DNA of 64,000 nucleotides, from contig CAJWLK010000001.1 in NCBI GenBank assembly GCA_913043255.1, forward strand, positions 407,045 through 471,044, in the 5' to 3' direction. The position numbers were made by a program, and so were the translations under genes. A model generated the notes under the pieces. It was given only the letters and a program-made list of their open reading frames with translations. It searched no databases and was not told the origin of the DNA. Within the stretch, counting starts at the first letter, position 1; the number at the start of each line of letters is the position of its first letter. Below are positions 21,421-32,461 of this stretch, in pieces. This DNA is from an uncultured Gemmatimonadota bacterium. Lineage in GTDB: Bacteria; Gemmatimonadota; Gemmatimonadetes; Palauibacterales; Palauibacteraceae.

Positions 21421-22425
21421 TCAGTAGAGGGTTTGGAGGATATCGAGTTTAGCTGCAGCCTTTCCATCGTCAATTGAAACTTCCGCAGCAACCACCCCTT
21501 CTTCAAGACTTTGCACTTCACCAGAGACCCATATTGCCGCTGCAGCGTTAATGAGGACAGCAGCCCGAGCACCACCAAGCTGTTCCCCTGTGATTACCCT
21601 TCGGACTCGTTCGGCATTCTCTTGCGGTTCGCCCCCGTTAAGATCTTCGGGAGCATACTTGGGCCAACCAAAGTCGGCGGGAAAAATCTCGATCTCGTCT
21701 AAACGTCCATCATCTAGTTGGATGATTGTCGTAGGACCGAGAGGGCTCAATTCATCCATTCCTGGGGCCCCGTGGACAACCATAGCGCGCTCGTGGCCCA
21801 GTTCAACTAAAGAGTCTGCGATGAGACGTTGTAAACTTCTGTGAGCAACACCAATCACCTGGCGGCGCACACCAGCCGGATTTGCTAACGGCCCAAGGAG
21901 GTTCATGATCGTCGTAACACCGAGTTCTCCACGGATGGGTCCAACATGACGCATGGCGGGATGGTGCGAGGGCGCAAACATGAATACAAATCCAGCCTTA
22001 TCGAACATCCGTTTCTGTTCACTCAAATTGAGTTGAATGGGGATACCGAGCGCTTCAAGCACATCGGCGCTGCCACACTTAGATGTGAACGATCGGTTAC
22101 CGTGCTTTGCGATCTTTACTCCGGCACCAGCCGCAACGATCGACGATGCAGTTGAGATGTTGAACGTAGTGAGTGTTCCACCTCCCGTCCCACAAGTATC
22201 CACAAGGTGATCCGTACCTAGTTCAAGAGGAATCATCGCTTTGCGGAGTGCACGGACGCCACCAACAATCTCGGTCGGACTCTCACCTCTAACTTTAAGT
22301 ACCGAGAGAAGTGCAGCCATTTCAACGGGTGAAGCGTTTCCCTTCATAAAGCGATCGAAGGCTGCCTCCGCTTCGGCTGCGCTCAAAGCATCCCCTGTGA
22401 GAATTCGCTGTAAGGTGTCGGACAC
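21421..22425 (-). CDS. trpD: Anthranilate phosphoribosyltransferase
   Basis: GTGGD motif (DTCGTGGGTLTTFNIST) and TrpD N-terminal helix bundle. Confidence 0.92.
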   Translation of the reverse strand: MSDTLQRILTGDALSAAEAEAAFDRFMKGNASPVEMAALLSVLKVRGESPTEIVGGVRALRKAMIPLELGTDHLVDTCGTGGGTLTTFNISTASSIVAAGAGVKIAKHGNRSFTSKCGSADVLEALGIPIQLNLSEQKRMFDKAGFVFMFAPSHHPAMRHVGPIRGELGVTTIMNLLGPLANPAGVRRQVIGVAHRSLQRLIADSLVELGHERAMVVHGAPGMDELSPLGPTTIIQLDDGRLDEIEIFPADFGWPKYAPEDLNGGEPQENAERVRRVITGEQLGGARAAVLINAAAAIWVSGEVQSLEEGVVAAEVSIDDGKAAAKLDILQTLY

Positions 22426-22450
22426 GTATCGACCCCCTTAATCTTCGCAC

Positions 22451-23254
22451 GTGTCGAATTCCAAACCTCTCACGCGCTGTTGGGCTACTGTTCAATATAA
22501 CGGGACCAATTTCCACGGTTCCCAACTACAACCAGACGTGCGCACAGTCCAGGGCGAGTTGGAACTGGCTTTATCTACACTTCTCAACCAATCAACACGA
22601 ATTGACCTCGCCGGACGCACTGATACGGGCGTTCATGCAGCAGCGCAGTCGATTGCGTTTGATACGCCGCCGCATTGGCAGCCAGCCAAACTTCTTCGAT
22701 CACTGAGGGCAATCCTACCAACTGATGTTACAGTCACCCAAATGAACATCGCATCTTCAAACTTTCACCCTCGCTTTAATGCCATAGGGCGACGCTACGA
22801 GTATGCCTTGGCCATCAACGCACCAGATCAACCATTCCTCCGCAATCGAGCATGGATCTTAGATGGTGACATTGATGTCGCCAAGCTGTCGAAGCTCGCC
22901 CTTCTTATCCAGGGCGAACACTCATTCGCTGCTTTTGCAAAGAGCCCACAACCGAGTAATGGAACGATTTGTCTAGTTGAATCGGCACTATGGTCTGCGG
23001 ACTCAATCCCACTGCTTCGCTTTGAGATCGTGGCAAACCGCTTCCTGCACCATATGGTTCGGTATCTAGTGGGAACATGTGTCGAGATCGCGATGGGGCG
23101 ACGCCCACAAAAAGATCTGGAACTTCTAATAGATAATACGATGGCCTCTCGTCCGGTTTTCCCTGCTCCCGCAAGTGGCCTCTACCTAACGGGAGTCCGT
23201 TATCCTGAGGGCTGGAACCGACCCGCAGGAATCCCCTGGCTAGGACCATTGTAA
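22451..23254 (+). CDS. truA: tRNA pseudouridine(38-40) synthase TruA
   Basis: TruA N-terminal consensus (VQYNGTNFHGSQ) and catalytic Asp region. Confidence 0.88.
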   Translation: MSNSKPLTRCWATVQYNGTNFHGSQLQPDVRTVQGELELALSTLLNQSTRIDLAGRTDTGVHAAAQSIAFDTPPHWQPAKLLRSLRAILPTDVTVTQMNIASSNFHPRFNAIGRRYEYALAINAPDQPFLRNRAWILDGDIDVAKLSKLALLIQGEHSFAAFAKSPQPSNGTICLVESALWSADSIPLLRFEIVANRFLHHMVRYLVGTCVEIAMGRRPQKDLELLIDNTMASRPVFPAPASGLYLTGVRYPEGWNRPAGIPWLGPL

Positions 23255-23404
23255 ACCAGGAAGTAAACCTTCAGGACCGTTATGTGTATATTTTTTAAGC
23301 GAGCATGGTGCTTTGAACATTATTGTTTAAATCCAGACAAAGAATTGAATGCGACAATTTTCCGGGCGATCTTTAACAGCATAACGACAAGGAGTTGACC
23401 GACA

Positions 23405-24886
23405 GTGAAGAGGCTTTCGGCACTTTCATTTCTCAGTGGATTGACTTTGCTTTTCTTAGCTGGACTAGGTGTTGGAGCAGTGTTTACAGCACGGTATTCA
23501 GGTACAGTAGCACAACCCGTATATAGTGAGGGAACCCCTACACCTTCCTCTTTTGTCGGCGGAGAAATCGGCGCAGCAATGCCGACACAGTCCATTGCAG
23601 ACATCTCCAACTCTCGACGCACCCCTACGGTCGTAGCCGCTTATCGGGTCAGTCCTTCCGTTGTAAACATTCGGACAATCAGCACAGTACGTAGTAGACC
23701 CAGCATTTTTGATCGTGCCTTCGGTAGCCGAAGTAGACAGGTTCCGGGGTTGGGCTCCGGTTTTGCAATCGATGACTCTGGGACAATACTGACTAATCAA
23801 CATGTCGTTAGGGGGGCGGACCAAATCGAGGTCATCGACGTCGATGGCCAACGCTATGAGGCAAAACTTGTAGGATCGGATGCACTAACAGACCTTGCCG
23901 TCGTTCAAATCCCAGCAGGATTGGTTCCTGCAGCCCCACTCGGAACATCATCAGATCTAGTCGTGGGAGAGCCCGCCGTGGCACTAGGTAATCCGTCCGG
24001 ATTCTCACTCCAAAATAGTGAGGCCACCGTCACCTCAGGTGTTATCAGCGGAGTGGGGCGTGATATTCAGTCACAAAGCGGCCAGGATGTCCTGTACGCT
24101 GATATGATTCAAACTGATGCCTCTATCAATCCGGGGAATTCAGGAGGGCCTCTAGCAAACGCCGAAGGGAATGTAATTGGTGTTAACAGTTCAATATTAT
24201 CTCTTTCCGGCGGATCAGAAGGCCTCGGCTTTGCCATTCCCATTGACCGTGCGCTCCGCGTGGCAAGTGAACTCGCGGATTTCGGGCGAGTTCGTCGACC
24301 TTGGGTTGGAGCTGCGATAATCACCGATCGATCAGACGTAGAATCCATGTTTGGCCGACCCGTAGTTGCAGAGGTATACCCTGGGACCCCCGCCGATGCA
24401 GCTGGACTACAAGTGGCAGACGAGATCACGTCGCTTAACGGACGTGCCGTAAATCATGACCTTGACTGGCAAGTTGGCCTAGTCGATGCTGGAGTCGGAA
24501 CCAACGTCGAAGTGACATATAGGCGAGGGAAACAAGAGCAGAAAACACAACTTCTCATCGAGGAAATTCCCTCTGGCCAAGCTACATTGGTTGAGGTGTT
24601 ATCTGGTCTCGGTTTAGTCACAGTGACCGAACAGATAATTCAGGAGCGTAGTCTGGAAGTCGAGTTTGGCGCACTCATAGTGTCAATTGAGGAAGAAGTA
24701 CAAAGAGTCACTCGACTTAGGCTCGGCGATGTAATCTGGGGGATCAATGAAAACGAGGTGCGATCAGCGGAGGAGGCTAGTGAGTTCTTTGACTACTATG
24801 CCCAAAGCGGTGAAACGCAAGGCTGGGTTCGGGTGCACATCGCGCGCGGCAAGCAATCGGGGGCGCTCACCTTTCGGGTGGGCTAG
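23405..24886 (+). CDS. HtrA/DegP-family S1C serine protease with PDZ domain(s); N-terminal TM or signal anchor
   Basis: Catalytic triad context (GNSGGPL) and PDZ-like C-terminal region. Confidence 0.88.
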   Translation: MKRLSALSFLSGLTLLFLAGLGVGAVFTARYSGTVAQPVYSEGTPTPSSFVGGEIGAAMPTQSIADISNSRRTPTVVAAYRVSPSVVNIRTISTVRSRPSIFDRAFGSRSRQVPGLGSGFAIDDSGTILTNQHVVRGADQIEVIDVDGQRYEAKLVGSDALTDLAVVQIPAGLVPAAPLGTSSDLVVGEPAVALGNPSGFSLQNSEATVTSGVISGVGRDIQSQSGQDVLYADMIQTDASINPGNSGGPLANAEGNVIGVNSSILSLSGGSEGLGFAIPIDRALRVASELADFGRVRRPWVGAAIITDRSDVESMFGRPVVAEVYPGTPADAAGLQVADEITSLNGRAVNHDLDWQVGLVDAGVGTNVEVTYRRGKQEQKTQLLIEEIPSGQATLVEVLSGLGLVTVTEQIIQERSLEVEFGALIVSIEEEVQRVTRLRLGDVIWGINENEVRSAEEASEFFDYYAQSGETQGWVRVHIARGKQSGALTFRVG

Positions 24887-25090
24887 ATCCAACCCAAAAC
24901 AGAAGACATATCTATCCCCGTGAAATGGGCCTTATTCGCCGTATCACGTAAGATGACCGCAACCTTTTCGCTCCACCACGTAAAACGGAAATCGGCTCAC
25001 ACCTTGCCTTACGCCACGGAGTCGCCACATTGGGGCCTTACGGCGACTCCGGTCGCCACGAGAGGCCGCTGAACCGGACCACGCACCCCC

Positions 25091-26521
25091 ATGCCGGAAA
25101 GCCGTTACCCACATCCTCTCATTGATCGCTACGCCTCTGAGGAGATGGCGTCAATCTTCTCGCCCCATATGCAAGCCCTTGCTTGGCGAGACCTATGGAT
25201 TGCGCTCGCTGAGGAAGAACGGGATCTCGGTGTCAAAATCCCTCAAGAGGCAATTGCAGCCATGCATGCCGCTCGAGACAAGATTGACCTGGCACGCATC
25301 GCCGAGATTGAGCGTGACCTCCGGCACGACGTCATGGCACACGTACACCACTTCGGTGAAGTGGCGCCAGAAGCCCGAAAGCACATCCACCTCGGCGCTA
25401 CAAGCGCATTCGTTGGTGACAATCACGGATTAATCCAGCATAAGCAGGGTCTGGCAATCCTAAGAGATCGATTGATTGGCGTTATCTCCGCGATTGCAAA
25501 CTTCGCGGGCGAGCAAGCATCAGCTTCAACACTGGGCTATACACATCTTCAACCTGCACAGCCTACGACAATCGGGAAACGAGCCTGCTTGTGGCTCCAA
25601 GACCTTGTATTCGATCTAGAACAAATCGACACCGTTGTCTCGGAACTTCGTTTTCGAGGAGCACGCGGTACGACGGGCACTGAAGCGACTTTCCTAGAAC
25701 TATTCAATGGAGAGGGAACGAAGGTCGACCACCTCAATAAACGATTGGCTGAGCGCTTCGGGTTTACTGGGTGTTACGATGTCGTCGGGCAGACCTATCC
25801 ACGGAAGGTTGACCAACGAGTCCTTTCAGTCCTCGCGGGCATTGGCAGTTCCAGTGCACGCTTTGGGCACGACATCCGGCTTTTGCAGTCGTTCGGAGAG
25901 ATAGAAGAACCCTTCGGAACACACCAGATCGGCTCGTCCGCAATGCCGTACAAGCGAAATCCAATGCGAAGCGAACGGATTTGTGCACTGGCTCGCCACC
26001 TCTGCGTACTTGAACTCAATACATCTTGGACAGCGTCGGTTCAGTGGTTTGAACGCACCTTGGACGATTCGGCAAATCGTCGAATTTCACTCCCTGAAGC
26101 TTATCTGTCTTCTGAGGCCATCCTTATCCTCGCTCATAATGTTGGAGGCGGACTTGTCGTCCACCCTGCGGTGGTAAAGCGAAGACTTAACCGCGCCCTC
26201 CCTTTTATGGTTACAGAAGAAATCATCCTAGCGGGAGTTCGGAAGGGTGGAGATCGACAAGACCTGCACGAACGTGTCCGACGACATGCTCTGGCCGCGC
26301 GTGAACGACTTGATGATGGTGCGGATGACAACGACTTCTTTATACGAATTTCTGGGGATAAATCCTTTGGGCTGAGCATGAAAGATCTGGCAGATATGGC
26401 TGACCCGACCCAATTAGTGGGCCGTTGTGCCCAACAGGTCGAGTACTTTTTGCGTGAGCGCGTAGGGCCGGTACTTGAAGAGACCGCAAACTTGCGGGCT
26501 GCAGAGGAGGTTCGCGTATGA
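25091..26521 (+). CDS. purB: Adenylosuccinate lyase
   Basis: Fumarate-lyase signature and PurB N-terminus (IDRYASEEM). Confidence 0.92.
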   Translation: MPESRYPHPLIDRYASEEMASIFSPHMQALAWRDLWIALAEEERDLGVKIPQEAIAAMHAARDKIDLARIAEIERDLRHDVMAHVHHFGEVAPEARKHIHLGATSAFVGDNHGLIQHKQGLAILRDRLIGVISAIANFAGEQASASTLGYTHLQPAQPTTIGKRACLWLQDLVFDLEQIDTVVSELRFRGARGTTGTEATFLELFNGEGTKVDHLNKRLAERFGFTGCYDVVGQTYPRKVDQRVLSVLAGIGSSSARFGHDIRLLQSFGEIEEPFGTHQIGSSAMPYKRNPMRSERICALARHLCVLELNTSWTASVQWFERTLDDSANRRISLPEAYLSSEAILILAHNVGGGLVVHPAVVKRRLNRALPFMVTEEIILAGVRKGGDRQDLHERVRRHALAARERLDDGADDNDFFIRISGDKSFGLSMKDLADMADPTQLVGRCAQQVEYFLRERVGPVLEETANLRAAEEVRV

Positions 26522-26576
26522 ATCTCATTATTAAAAAATTAAAAATCGCTAACCACACACTGGGTGTAAGAATCAA

Positions 26577-27536
26577 ATGACAGAAATACCACTTGATGCT
26601 TCGCGTACTATCCCACTTCATGCGATCGACCTTCCCTACCCACTTCTCCGCCAAGGGAAAGTCCGATCCATGTACGACCTCGGGGATCGGATCCTCATGG
26701 TCGCAAGTGATCGGATAAGCGCTTTCGACTGTGTAATCCCAAATCCAATCCATCACAAAGGCGCAGTTCTTACACAACTCTCAGCCTTTTGGTTTGATCG
26801 AACAAGCGCCATTGTTGACAATCATCGAATCGCAAGCTCGCCAGAGTCGATTGCTGAAGCTGCACCAGAACTGGCCGCCACCATCGACACCTGGGCTCAT
26901 CGGGGGATGCTCGTAGAGAAGGCCATGCCGTTCCCCGTCGAATGTGTTGTGCGAGGCTTCATTTCGGGTTCAGCTTGGAAAGAATATCGAGCACATGGAA
27001 CCCTCGCAGGCGAACCGTTACCAGAAGGGCTCAAAGAATCAGAGGCGTACCCAACACCAATTTTCTCTCCATCCACCAAAGCCGAACAAGGCTTGCACGA
27101 CGAAAACATCACGTTTGATCAAATGTGCGACATCATCGGTATGGAACTCGCAACCAAGCTCCGTGATATCAGTCTCGCACTCTACACAGCTGGGCGAGAC
27201 ACGCTCCGGGAACGCGGTATCATCTTGGCTGATACGAAGTACGAGTTCGGGCAAGGATCAGATGGTCGAATCATATTAATCGACGAGGTTATGACACCCG
27301 ACTCGTCACGGTTCTGGCCTGAGTCTCAATACCGCGTTGGAGGCGGCCAGCCTTCTCTCGATAAACAACCGGTTCGTGATTATCTAGAAGATATGGTCGG
27401 GCGTGGCGAATGGGATAAGACGCCGCCGGCGCCTGAACTGTCAGCAGAAGTCGTCCAAACCACCTCTGAAAGATACTTGGAAGCGTTCCGCCGAGTAACA
27501 GGTCATGAACTCTACGAGAGGGAGAACCATGACTGA
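26577..27536 (+). CDS. purC: SAICAR synthetase (long form)
   Basis: SAICAR synthetase motifs, ~319 aa. Confidence 0.9.
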   Translation: MTEIPLDASRTIPLHAIDLPYPLLRQGKVRSMYDLGDRILMVASDRISAFDCVIPNPIHHKGAVLTQLSAFWFDRTSAIVDNHRIASSPESIAEAAPELAATIDTWAHRGMLVEKAMPFPVECVVRGFISGSAWKEYRAHGTLAGEPLPEGLKESEAYPTPIFSPSTKAEQGLHDENITFDQMCDIIGMELATKLRDISLALYTAGRDTLRERGIILADTKYEFGQGSDGRIILIDEVMTPDSSRFWPESQYRVGGGQPSLDKQPVRDYLEDMVGRGEWDKTPPAPELSAEVVQTTSERYLEAFRRVTGHELYERENHD

Positions 27537-27792
27537 AAATTATCTGGCCGATGTGCAGATAACTCCACGAGCAGGGATCCTTGATCCAGTCGGAGAAACG
27601 ATTGCCAGTGCGCTGGGGAACCTCGGATATGAGGACGTAAGATCGGTGCGAGCCGGACGGCTGATTCGACTCGAGATTGCGGCAGAAACTGCACAGGATG
27701 CTCAAACTGCGGTGGAATCAATGTGCGAAGAGTTGATCGCTAATCCGATCATTGAAGACTACTTAGTGACCGTTCGAGACGTGGAGAAATAA
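27529..27792 (+). CDS. purS: FGAM synthase PurS subunit. The start was moved to the ATG at 27529; the track ORF at 27505 overlaps purC.
   Basis: YLADVQITPRAGILDPVGETI is a typical PurS sequence. Confidence 0.85.
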   Translation: MTENYLADVQITPRAGILDPVGETIASALGNLGYEDVRSVRAGRLIRLEIAAETAQDAQTAVESMCEELIANPIIEDYLVTVRDVEK

Positions 27793-28535
27793 TGAGGGTG
27801 GGCATCGTTCGGTTCCCTGGATCGAACTGCGATACCGATATGTATCGTGCCGTCACAGTTGGGCTAAGGGAAGAAGCAATTTTCCTGTGGCATAAATCAC
27901 ACCACCTGGAAGAAGTCGACGTGGTAGTGCTTCCAGGAGGGTTCTCTTACGGGGACTACCTTCGGTGCGGTGCCATCGCCCGCTTCAGTCCAATTATGCG
28001 AGAAGTGATCGAGTTTGCGAAAGCGGGAGGACTCACACTCGGAATCTGCAACGGATTCCAGGTGCTATGTGAAGCACGGCTTCTCCCAGGCGGATTAGTC
28101 AGAAACGCGAGCCTACGTTTTCGATGTCACAATGTCGGTATACGCGTAGAAAATTCTGACACACCATTCACTCGAGCTTACGAACAGGCCCAAACACTTC
28201 ATATCCCAATAGCGCACGGGGAAGGGCAATTTGTTGCTGATAATGAAACCCTAGATGAACTCGAAGGTGAAAACCGTGTGGTTTTTCGCTATGTGGACGA
28301 TTCTAATCAGACAACTCTGGAAGCGAATCCTAATGGTTCAGCTCGCAATATCGCGGGGATCACTAATGCGGGTGGAAACATACTCGGCATGATGCCGCAC
28401 CCAGAACGACACTCCCTAAAAGTCTTGGGCAATACTGATGGACTTGGGGTATTCGAATCTCTTCTCTTGGCTGTGAGCGAGAGGAAACTTGCAGCGAAAC
28501 CTATCCATGAAGGCAAGATGGTAGGGACTCAATGA
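27792..28535 (+). CDS. purQ: FGAM synthase glutamine amidotransferase subunit PurQ
   Basis: Class I GATase catalytic Cys context (GICNGFQ). Confidence 0.9.
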   Translation: MRVGIVRFPGSNCDTDMYRAVTVGLREEAIFLWHKSHHLEEVDVVVLPGGFSYGDYLRCGAIARFSPIMREVIEFAKAGGLTLGICNGFQVLCEARLLPGGLVRNASLRFRCHNVGIRVENSDTPFTRAYEQAQTLHIPIAHGEGQFVADNETLDELEGENRVVFRYVDDSNQTTLEANPNGSARNIAGITNAGGNILGMMPHPERHSLKVLGNTDGLGVFESLLLAVSERKLAAKPIHEGKMVGTQ

Positions 28536-30838
28536 TGGAAAGCATGACAGCGTCACCAGTTGCCCGGAGGACTGGCGACCCAGAAATCACATCACATCTC
28601 GTCACAGAACACGGGCTCACTCCTGAGGAGTACGAGTTAATCTTGGAGATTCTCGGGCGTGAACCCACGTTCACCGAGCTTGGTGTGTTTAGTGCGATGT
28701 GGTCAGAGCACTGCGGGTACAAAAACTCTCGACCACTTCTCGCAACTCTCCCCACGAAAAGCGATGCGGTCGTCCAAGGGCCAGGTGAAAACGCTGGAGT
28801 CATTGATGTAGGCGAGGGTTGGGGAGTTGCATTTAAGATCGAATCACACAACCACCCCTCAGCGATTGAGCCATATCAAGGCGCTGCTACAGGATCTGGT
28901 GGCATCCTGCGAGATGTATTCACTATGGGAGCCCGCCCAATCGCAATTTTTGATAGTCTCCATTTCGGCTCACTCGACTCACCACGATCGCGTTACCTAT
29001 TTGACGGGGTCGTACGCGGCGTCGGTGATTATGGGAACTGTGTTGGTGTCCCCACCGTCGGGGGCGAAGCAATTTTCGACCCTGCTTATGAGAAGAATCC
29101 TCTCATCAATGTGATGTGCATCGGAGTATTACCGCTCGAACAACTCATCCGCGGTAAAGCTGAAGGAGTAGGCAATCCAGTCATGGCCGTAGGCGCTCGA
29201 ACCGGACGGGATGGCATCCACGGTGCAACATTCGCATCCGAAGAACTCGACGAAGAAGGGAATGACAGTCGCCCACAAGTTCAAGTGGGGGACCCATTCA
29301 CCGAAAAACTTCTCCTGGAAGCCAGCCTCGAACTCATCGAAAAAGATCTACTAGTTGGAATCCAGGACATGGGGGCAGCTGGCCTCACGTCAAGCGGAAC
29401 TGAAATGGCGGCACGATCTGGGTCTGGCATTGATATCGATGTTTCGCTGCTCCCAGTGCGCGAACAGGGCATGACTCCGTACGAGATGCTCCTCTCCGAA
29501 TCACAGGAGCGTATGCTCTTAGTAGCGAAACCTGAGCACGAGGAAGCAGTCCGTGAGGTACTCGAACGATGGGATCTGCAAGCAGCCACCATCGGAAACG
29601 TCACGGACGATGGGATGTTCCGGGTTCGTGAGGCGGGGGAAGTTGTGGTTGAAATCCCAGTGATCCCACTAGTTGACGAATGCCCGACATACGTACGGGA
29701 GGGGGTCGAAGCACCAGAGGTCCTTGAACTCCGGACCCGTGACCTGAGCGAATACAGAGACTTCACGTCCAATAAAGAACTCCTAGACACACTAAAAACG
29801 CTGCTCGACTCACCCTCAATCGCTTCAAAACGTTGGATTTATGAGCAGTACGACACAACGGTCCAAACCAACACTCTTGAGGGGCCAGGATCTGACGCGG
29901 CGGTGCTACAACTGCCAACAGACGGATGCGCGCTTGCGGTATCAACAGATGGAAACGGGCGCTTTACATATTTAAATCCACGCACGGGCGGACAGGTAGC
30001 AGTTGTAGAGGCAGCCCGTAACGTAGCGTGTTCAGGGGCCCGACCCATCGCGGTTACGAACTGCCTCAACTTTGGGAACCCACTTCGGCCTGAAGTCTAC
30101 CACCAACTTTCCGAAGCCGTCGCAGGTATGGGAGAGGCCTGTCGAAGTCTGAACACTCCAGTAACAGGCGGAAATGTATCGCTCTACAATGAAACCGGTG
30201 GCGAACCCGTGTACCCAACACCTGTTATTGGAATGGTGGGACTCTTGACCAATCTCGAGCACCGCGTCCCCTCATCTTTCCAACATGCAGGAGACGAAAT
30301 TTGGGTGGTTGGTGTGACACGAGAGGAGATCGGGGCAACCGAATATCTTGCCGCAGTTCATGGATTAGTCGCTGGGGAACCACCTGTCGTGGATCTCAAC
30401 GAAGCGAAACAACTTGTCGATTTTCTCGTGACCGCGGCGGAGAACAGTATAGTCCGGTCTGCACATGACTGTTCCGATGGAGGGCTCGCAGTTGCGCTTT
30501 CTGAGTGTGCGATTGGGGGCAAGGACGGTCCAACCGGGTTTGATGTTGCACTTGATGAGGCCCCCTCATCAGTGGTATCAGCAGCAGCGCTATGGTTTGG
30601 GGAGTCACAGTCACGGGTTGTCCTCACATGCACAGATGGCGATGGTAGCGCTTTGTTGCAGCTAGCTGAAAAGCACGGAGTGCGGGCAGCGCGAGTCGGT
30701 ACAGTCGGAGGCGCAGGTGAAGATTGTCAGATCACTGGGGCAAGTTACCTGATTCAAATTGCCGCGGATAAGCTTGCCACGATTTACGAATCAGCGCTTC
30801 CACGTCGGATGACTGAGCAGGCAGGATTGACCTCATGA
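28532..30838 (+). CDS. purL: FGAM synthase subunit PurL
   Basis: 768 aa with AIR-synthase-related domains; coupled to purQ and purF by 4-nt overlaps. Confidence 0.92.
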   Translation: MMESMTASPVARRTGDPEITSHLVTEHGLTPEEYELILEILGREPTFTELGVFSAMWSEHCGYKNSRPLLATLPTKSDAVVQGPGENAGVIDVGEGWGVAFKIESHNHPSAIEPYQGAATGSGGILRDVFTMGARPIAIFDSLHFGSLDSPRSRYLFDGVVRGVGDYGNCVGVPTVGGEAIFDPAYEKNPLINVMCIGVLPLEQLIRGKAEGVGNPVMAVGARTGRDGIHGATFASEELDEEGNDSRPQVQVGDPFTEKLLLEASLELIEKDLLVGIQDMGAAGLTSSGTEMAARSGSGIDIDVSLLPVREQGMTPYEMLLSESQERMLLVAKPEHEEAVREVLERWDLQAATIGNVTDDGMFRVREAGEVVVEIPVIPLVDECPTYVREGVEAPEVLELRTRDLSEYRDFTSNKELLDTLKTLLDSPSIASKRWIYEQYDTTVQTNTLEGPGSDAAVLQLPTDGCALAVSTDGNGRFTYLNPRTGGQVAVVEAARNVACSGARPIAVTNCLNFGNPLRPEVYHQLSEAVAGMGEACRSLNTPVTGGNVSLYNETGGEPVYPTPVIGMVGLLTNLEHRVPSSFQHAGDEIWVVGVTREEIGATEYLAAVHGLVAGEPPVVDLNEAKQLVDFLVTAAENSIVRSAHDCSDGGLAVALSECAIGGKDGPTGFDVALDEAPSSVVSAAALWFGESQSRVVLTCTDGDGSALLQLAEKHGVRAARVGTVGGAGEDCQITGASYLIQIAADKLATIYESALPRRMTEQAGLTS

Positions 30839-32280
30839 TTCGTAAAATCGAGCCCAATACGCGAGACAGAGCCCTACCTGATTACCATTTGGACAAACCG
30901 CGCGAGGAGTGTGGCGTGGTGGCGGTGAGTGGGTCACCCGCATCGGCAGAGTTAGCATACTTAGCCATGTACGCGTTACAACATCGAGGCCAAGAATCAG
31001 CTGGCTTGGTTACCGTAGATGAAGATGGACGAGAGAAAACCTATAAAGGGATGGGGCTCGTCGTCGATATTTTCGATGACAAAATACTCAAAGAGATGTA
31101 TGGAACTCTTGCTATCGGACATGTCCGATACTCAACCGCAGGAGGCTCAAGCCTTCGTAACGCTCAACCGCTTGTAGTCGACTATCAAGATCAACCACTC
31201 GCACTCGCACATAATGGAAATCTTAGCAATGCTGTTGAGTTGAGAAATCGATTGTCTTCGGAAGGTGCAATCTTCCAGACAGACTCAGATTCTGAAGCAA
31301 TCGTTCACCTAATCGCCCGTTCTCGCAGAGAAGATCAGGACCATAAAATTGACGACGCGCTTTCACAGGTCGTTGGTGCATTCTCAGTGGTGCTTTGTGT
31401 AGGTAACACCGTCTATGCTGCACGAGACCCCCGAGGCTTCCGTCCACTCGTGCTTGGACGGCTCGGCGATGCGGTAATAGTCACTTCAGAAACCTGTGCA
31501 CTCGATATCATTGGGGCCACATACATTAGAGATGTTCGTCCTGGCGAGGTATTAAAAATTCAAGATGGCTCAATCGAAGAGCTTAGACCTCTTCCACCAG
31601 CTGAGCCGAGCGCTTGTTTATTCGAACTCGTCTACTTTGCACGTCCAGATTCACAAGTGTGGGGGTGCAGCGTTGACGGAGCACGGCGCGCATTTGGGCG
31701 GCAATTAGCCCATGAACACCCCGCTGATGCCGACTGCGTGCTAGCAGTACCAGACTCCTCAAATTCTGCTGCGTTAGGTTTTTCTGAAGTAAGCGGTTTA
31801 CCGTTCGAGTTAGCACTCATCCGAAACCATTACGTAGGACGGACATTTATCCACCCGACTCAAGCGGGGCGCGATTTCAGGGTCCGCGTAAAGTACAATC
31901 CTGTTCGCGAACTTGTAGAGGGCCAACGCGTAGTTGTTGTAGATGATTCACTCGTTCGAGGCACCACAAGTCGCGGGCTTGTGACTCTTTTACGTGATAC
32001 GGGCGCGAAAGAAGTGCACTTTCGGGTCGCTTCACCTCCGGTGCGTTTCCCATGCTATTACGGGATCGATATGCCAACACGTGAAGAACTAATTGGTTCG
32101 AACCACTCGGTAGAAGAGATTCGCGATCACCTCGAAGTAGATTCTCTTGGGTATCTGAGTATGGAGGGTATGCGTGGATCCGTGTCGGACTTTGGACCCT
32201 TCTGTGATGCCTGCTGGACCGGAGACTATGCAGCACCACTAGTCGACATTGAGCGCCAAAAGGCTACAGAAGATAGTTGA
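30835..32280 (+). CDS. purF: Amidophosphoribosyltransferase
   Basis: N-terminal Cys (CGVV) Ntn-GATase and PRTase domain. Confidence 0.92.
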   Translation: MIRKIEPNTRDRALPDYHLDKPREECGVVAVSGSPASAELAYLAMYALQHRGQESAGLVTVDEDGREKTYKGMGLVVDIFDDKILKEMYGTLAIGHVRYSTAGGSSLRNAQPLVVDYQDQPLALAHNGNLSNAVELRNRLSSEGAIFQTDSDSEAIVHLIARSRREDQDHKIDDALSQVVGAFSVVLCVGNTVYAARDPRGFRPLVLGRLGDAVIVTSETCALDIIGATYIRDVRPGEVLKIQDGSIEELRPLPPAEPSACLFELVYFARPDSQVWGCSVDGARRAFGRQLAHEHPADADCVLAVPDSSNSAALGFSEVSGLPFELALIRNHYVGRTFIHPTQAGRDFRVRVKYNPVRELVEGQRVVVVDDSLVRGTTSRGLVTLLRDTGAKEVHFRVASPPVRFPCYYGIDMPTREELIGSNHSVEEIRDHLEVDSLGYLSMEGMRGSVSDFGPFCDACWTGDYAAPLVDIERQKATEDS

Positions 32281-32461
32281 TCTGCCAAACTTATATGGAA
32301 TTAAATCCGGCTTGAAGAACTCCGGTCACTCTGCCTAAGGATAGATGAGTAATCCACCCCGAGGTAAGACCACCCCTATCAAGAAGAACACGGTTGGAAA
32401 AGACAAATGTCCTCTCCATACCAATCCAACTTATCTGTGCGCAAAACACTGAAATGTGTCT

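Noticed and set aside
23255-23404. Possible sigma-E-type promoter upstream of htrA (GAACAT...TCCAGA)
   Set aside because: Spacing and sequence fit only loosely to GGAACTT-N16-TCTGA. It is not supportable beyond noting an AT-rich promoter-like region.
29281-29790. 169-aa ORF antisense to purL, and similar internal ORFs (14339..14791 antisense to the CDGSH gene; 47115..47660 antisense to the LOG-like gene; 63294..63701 inside the SelA-like gene)
   Set aside because: All lie within strongly supported genes on the opposite strand and have biased, low-complexity composition. They are frame-shadow artefacts.
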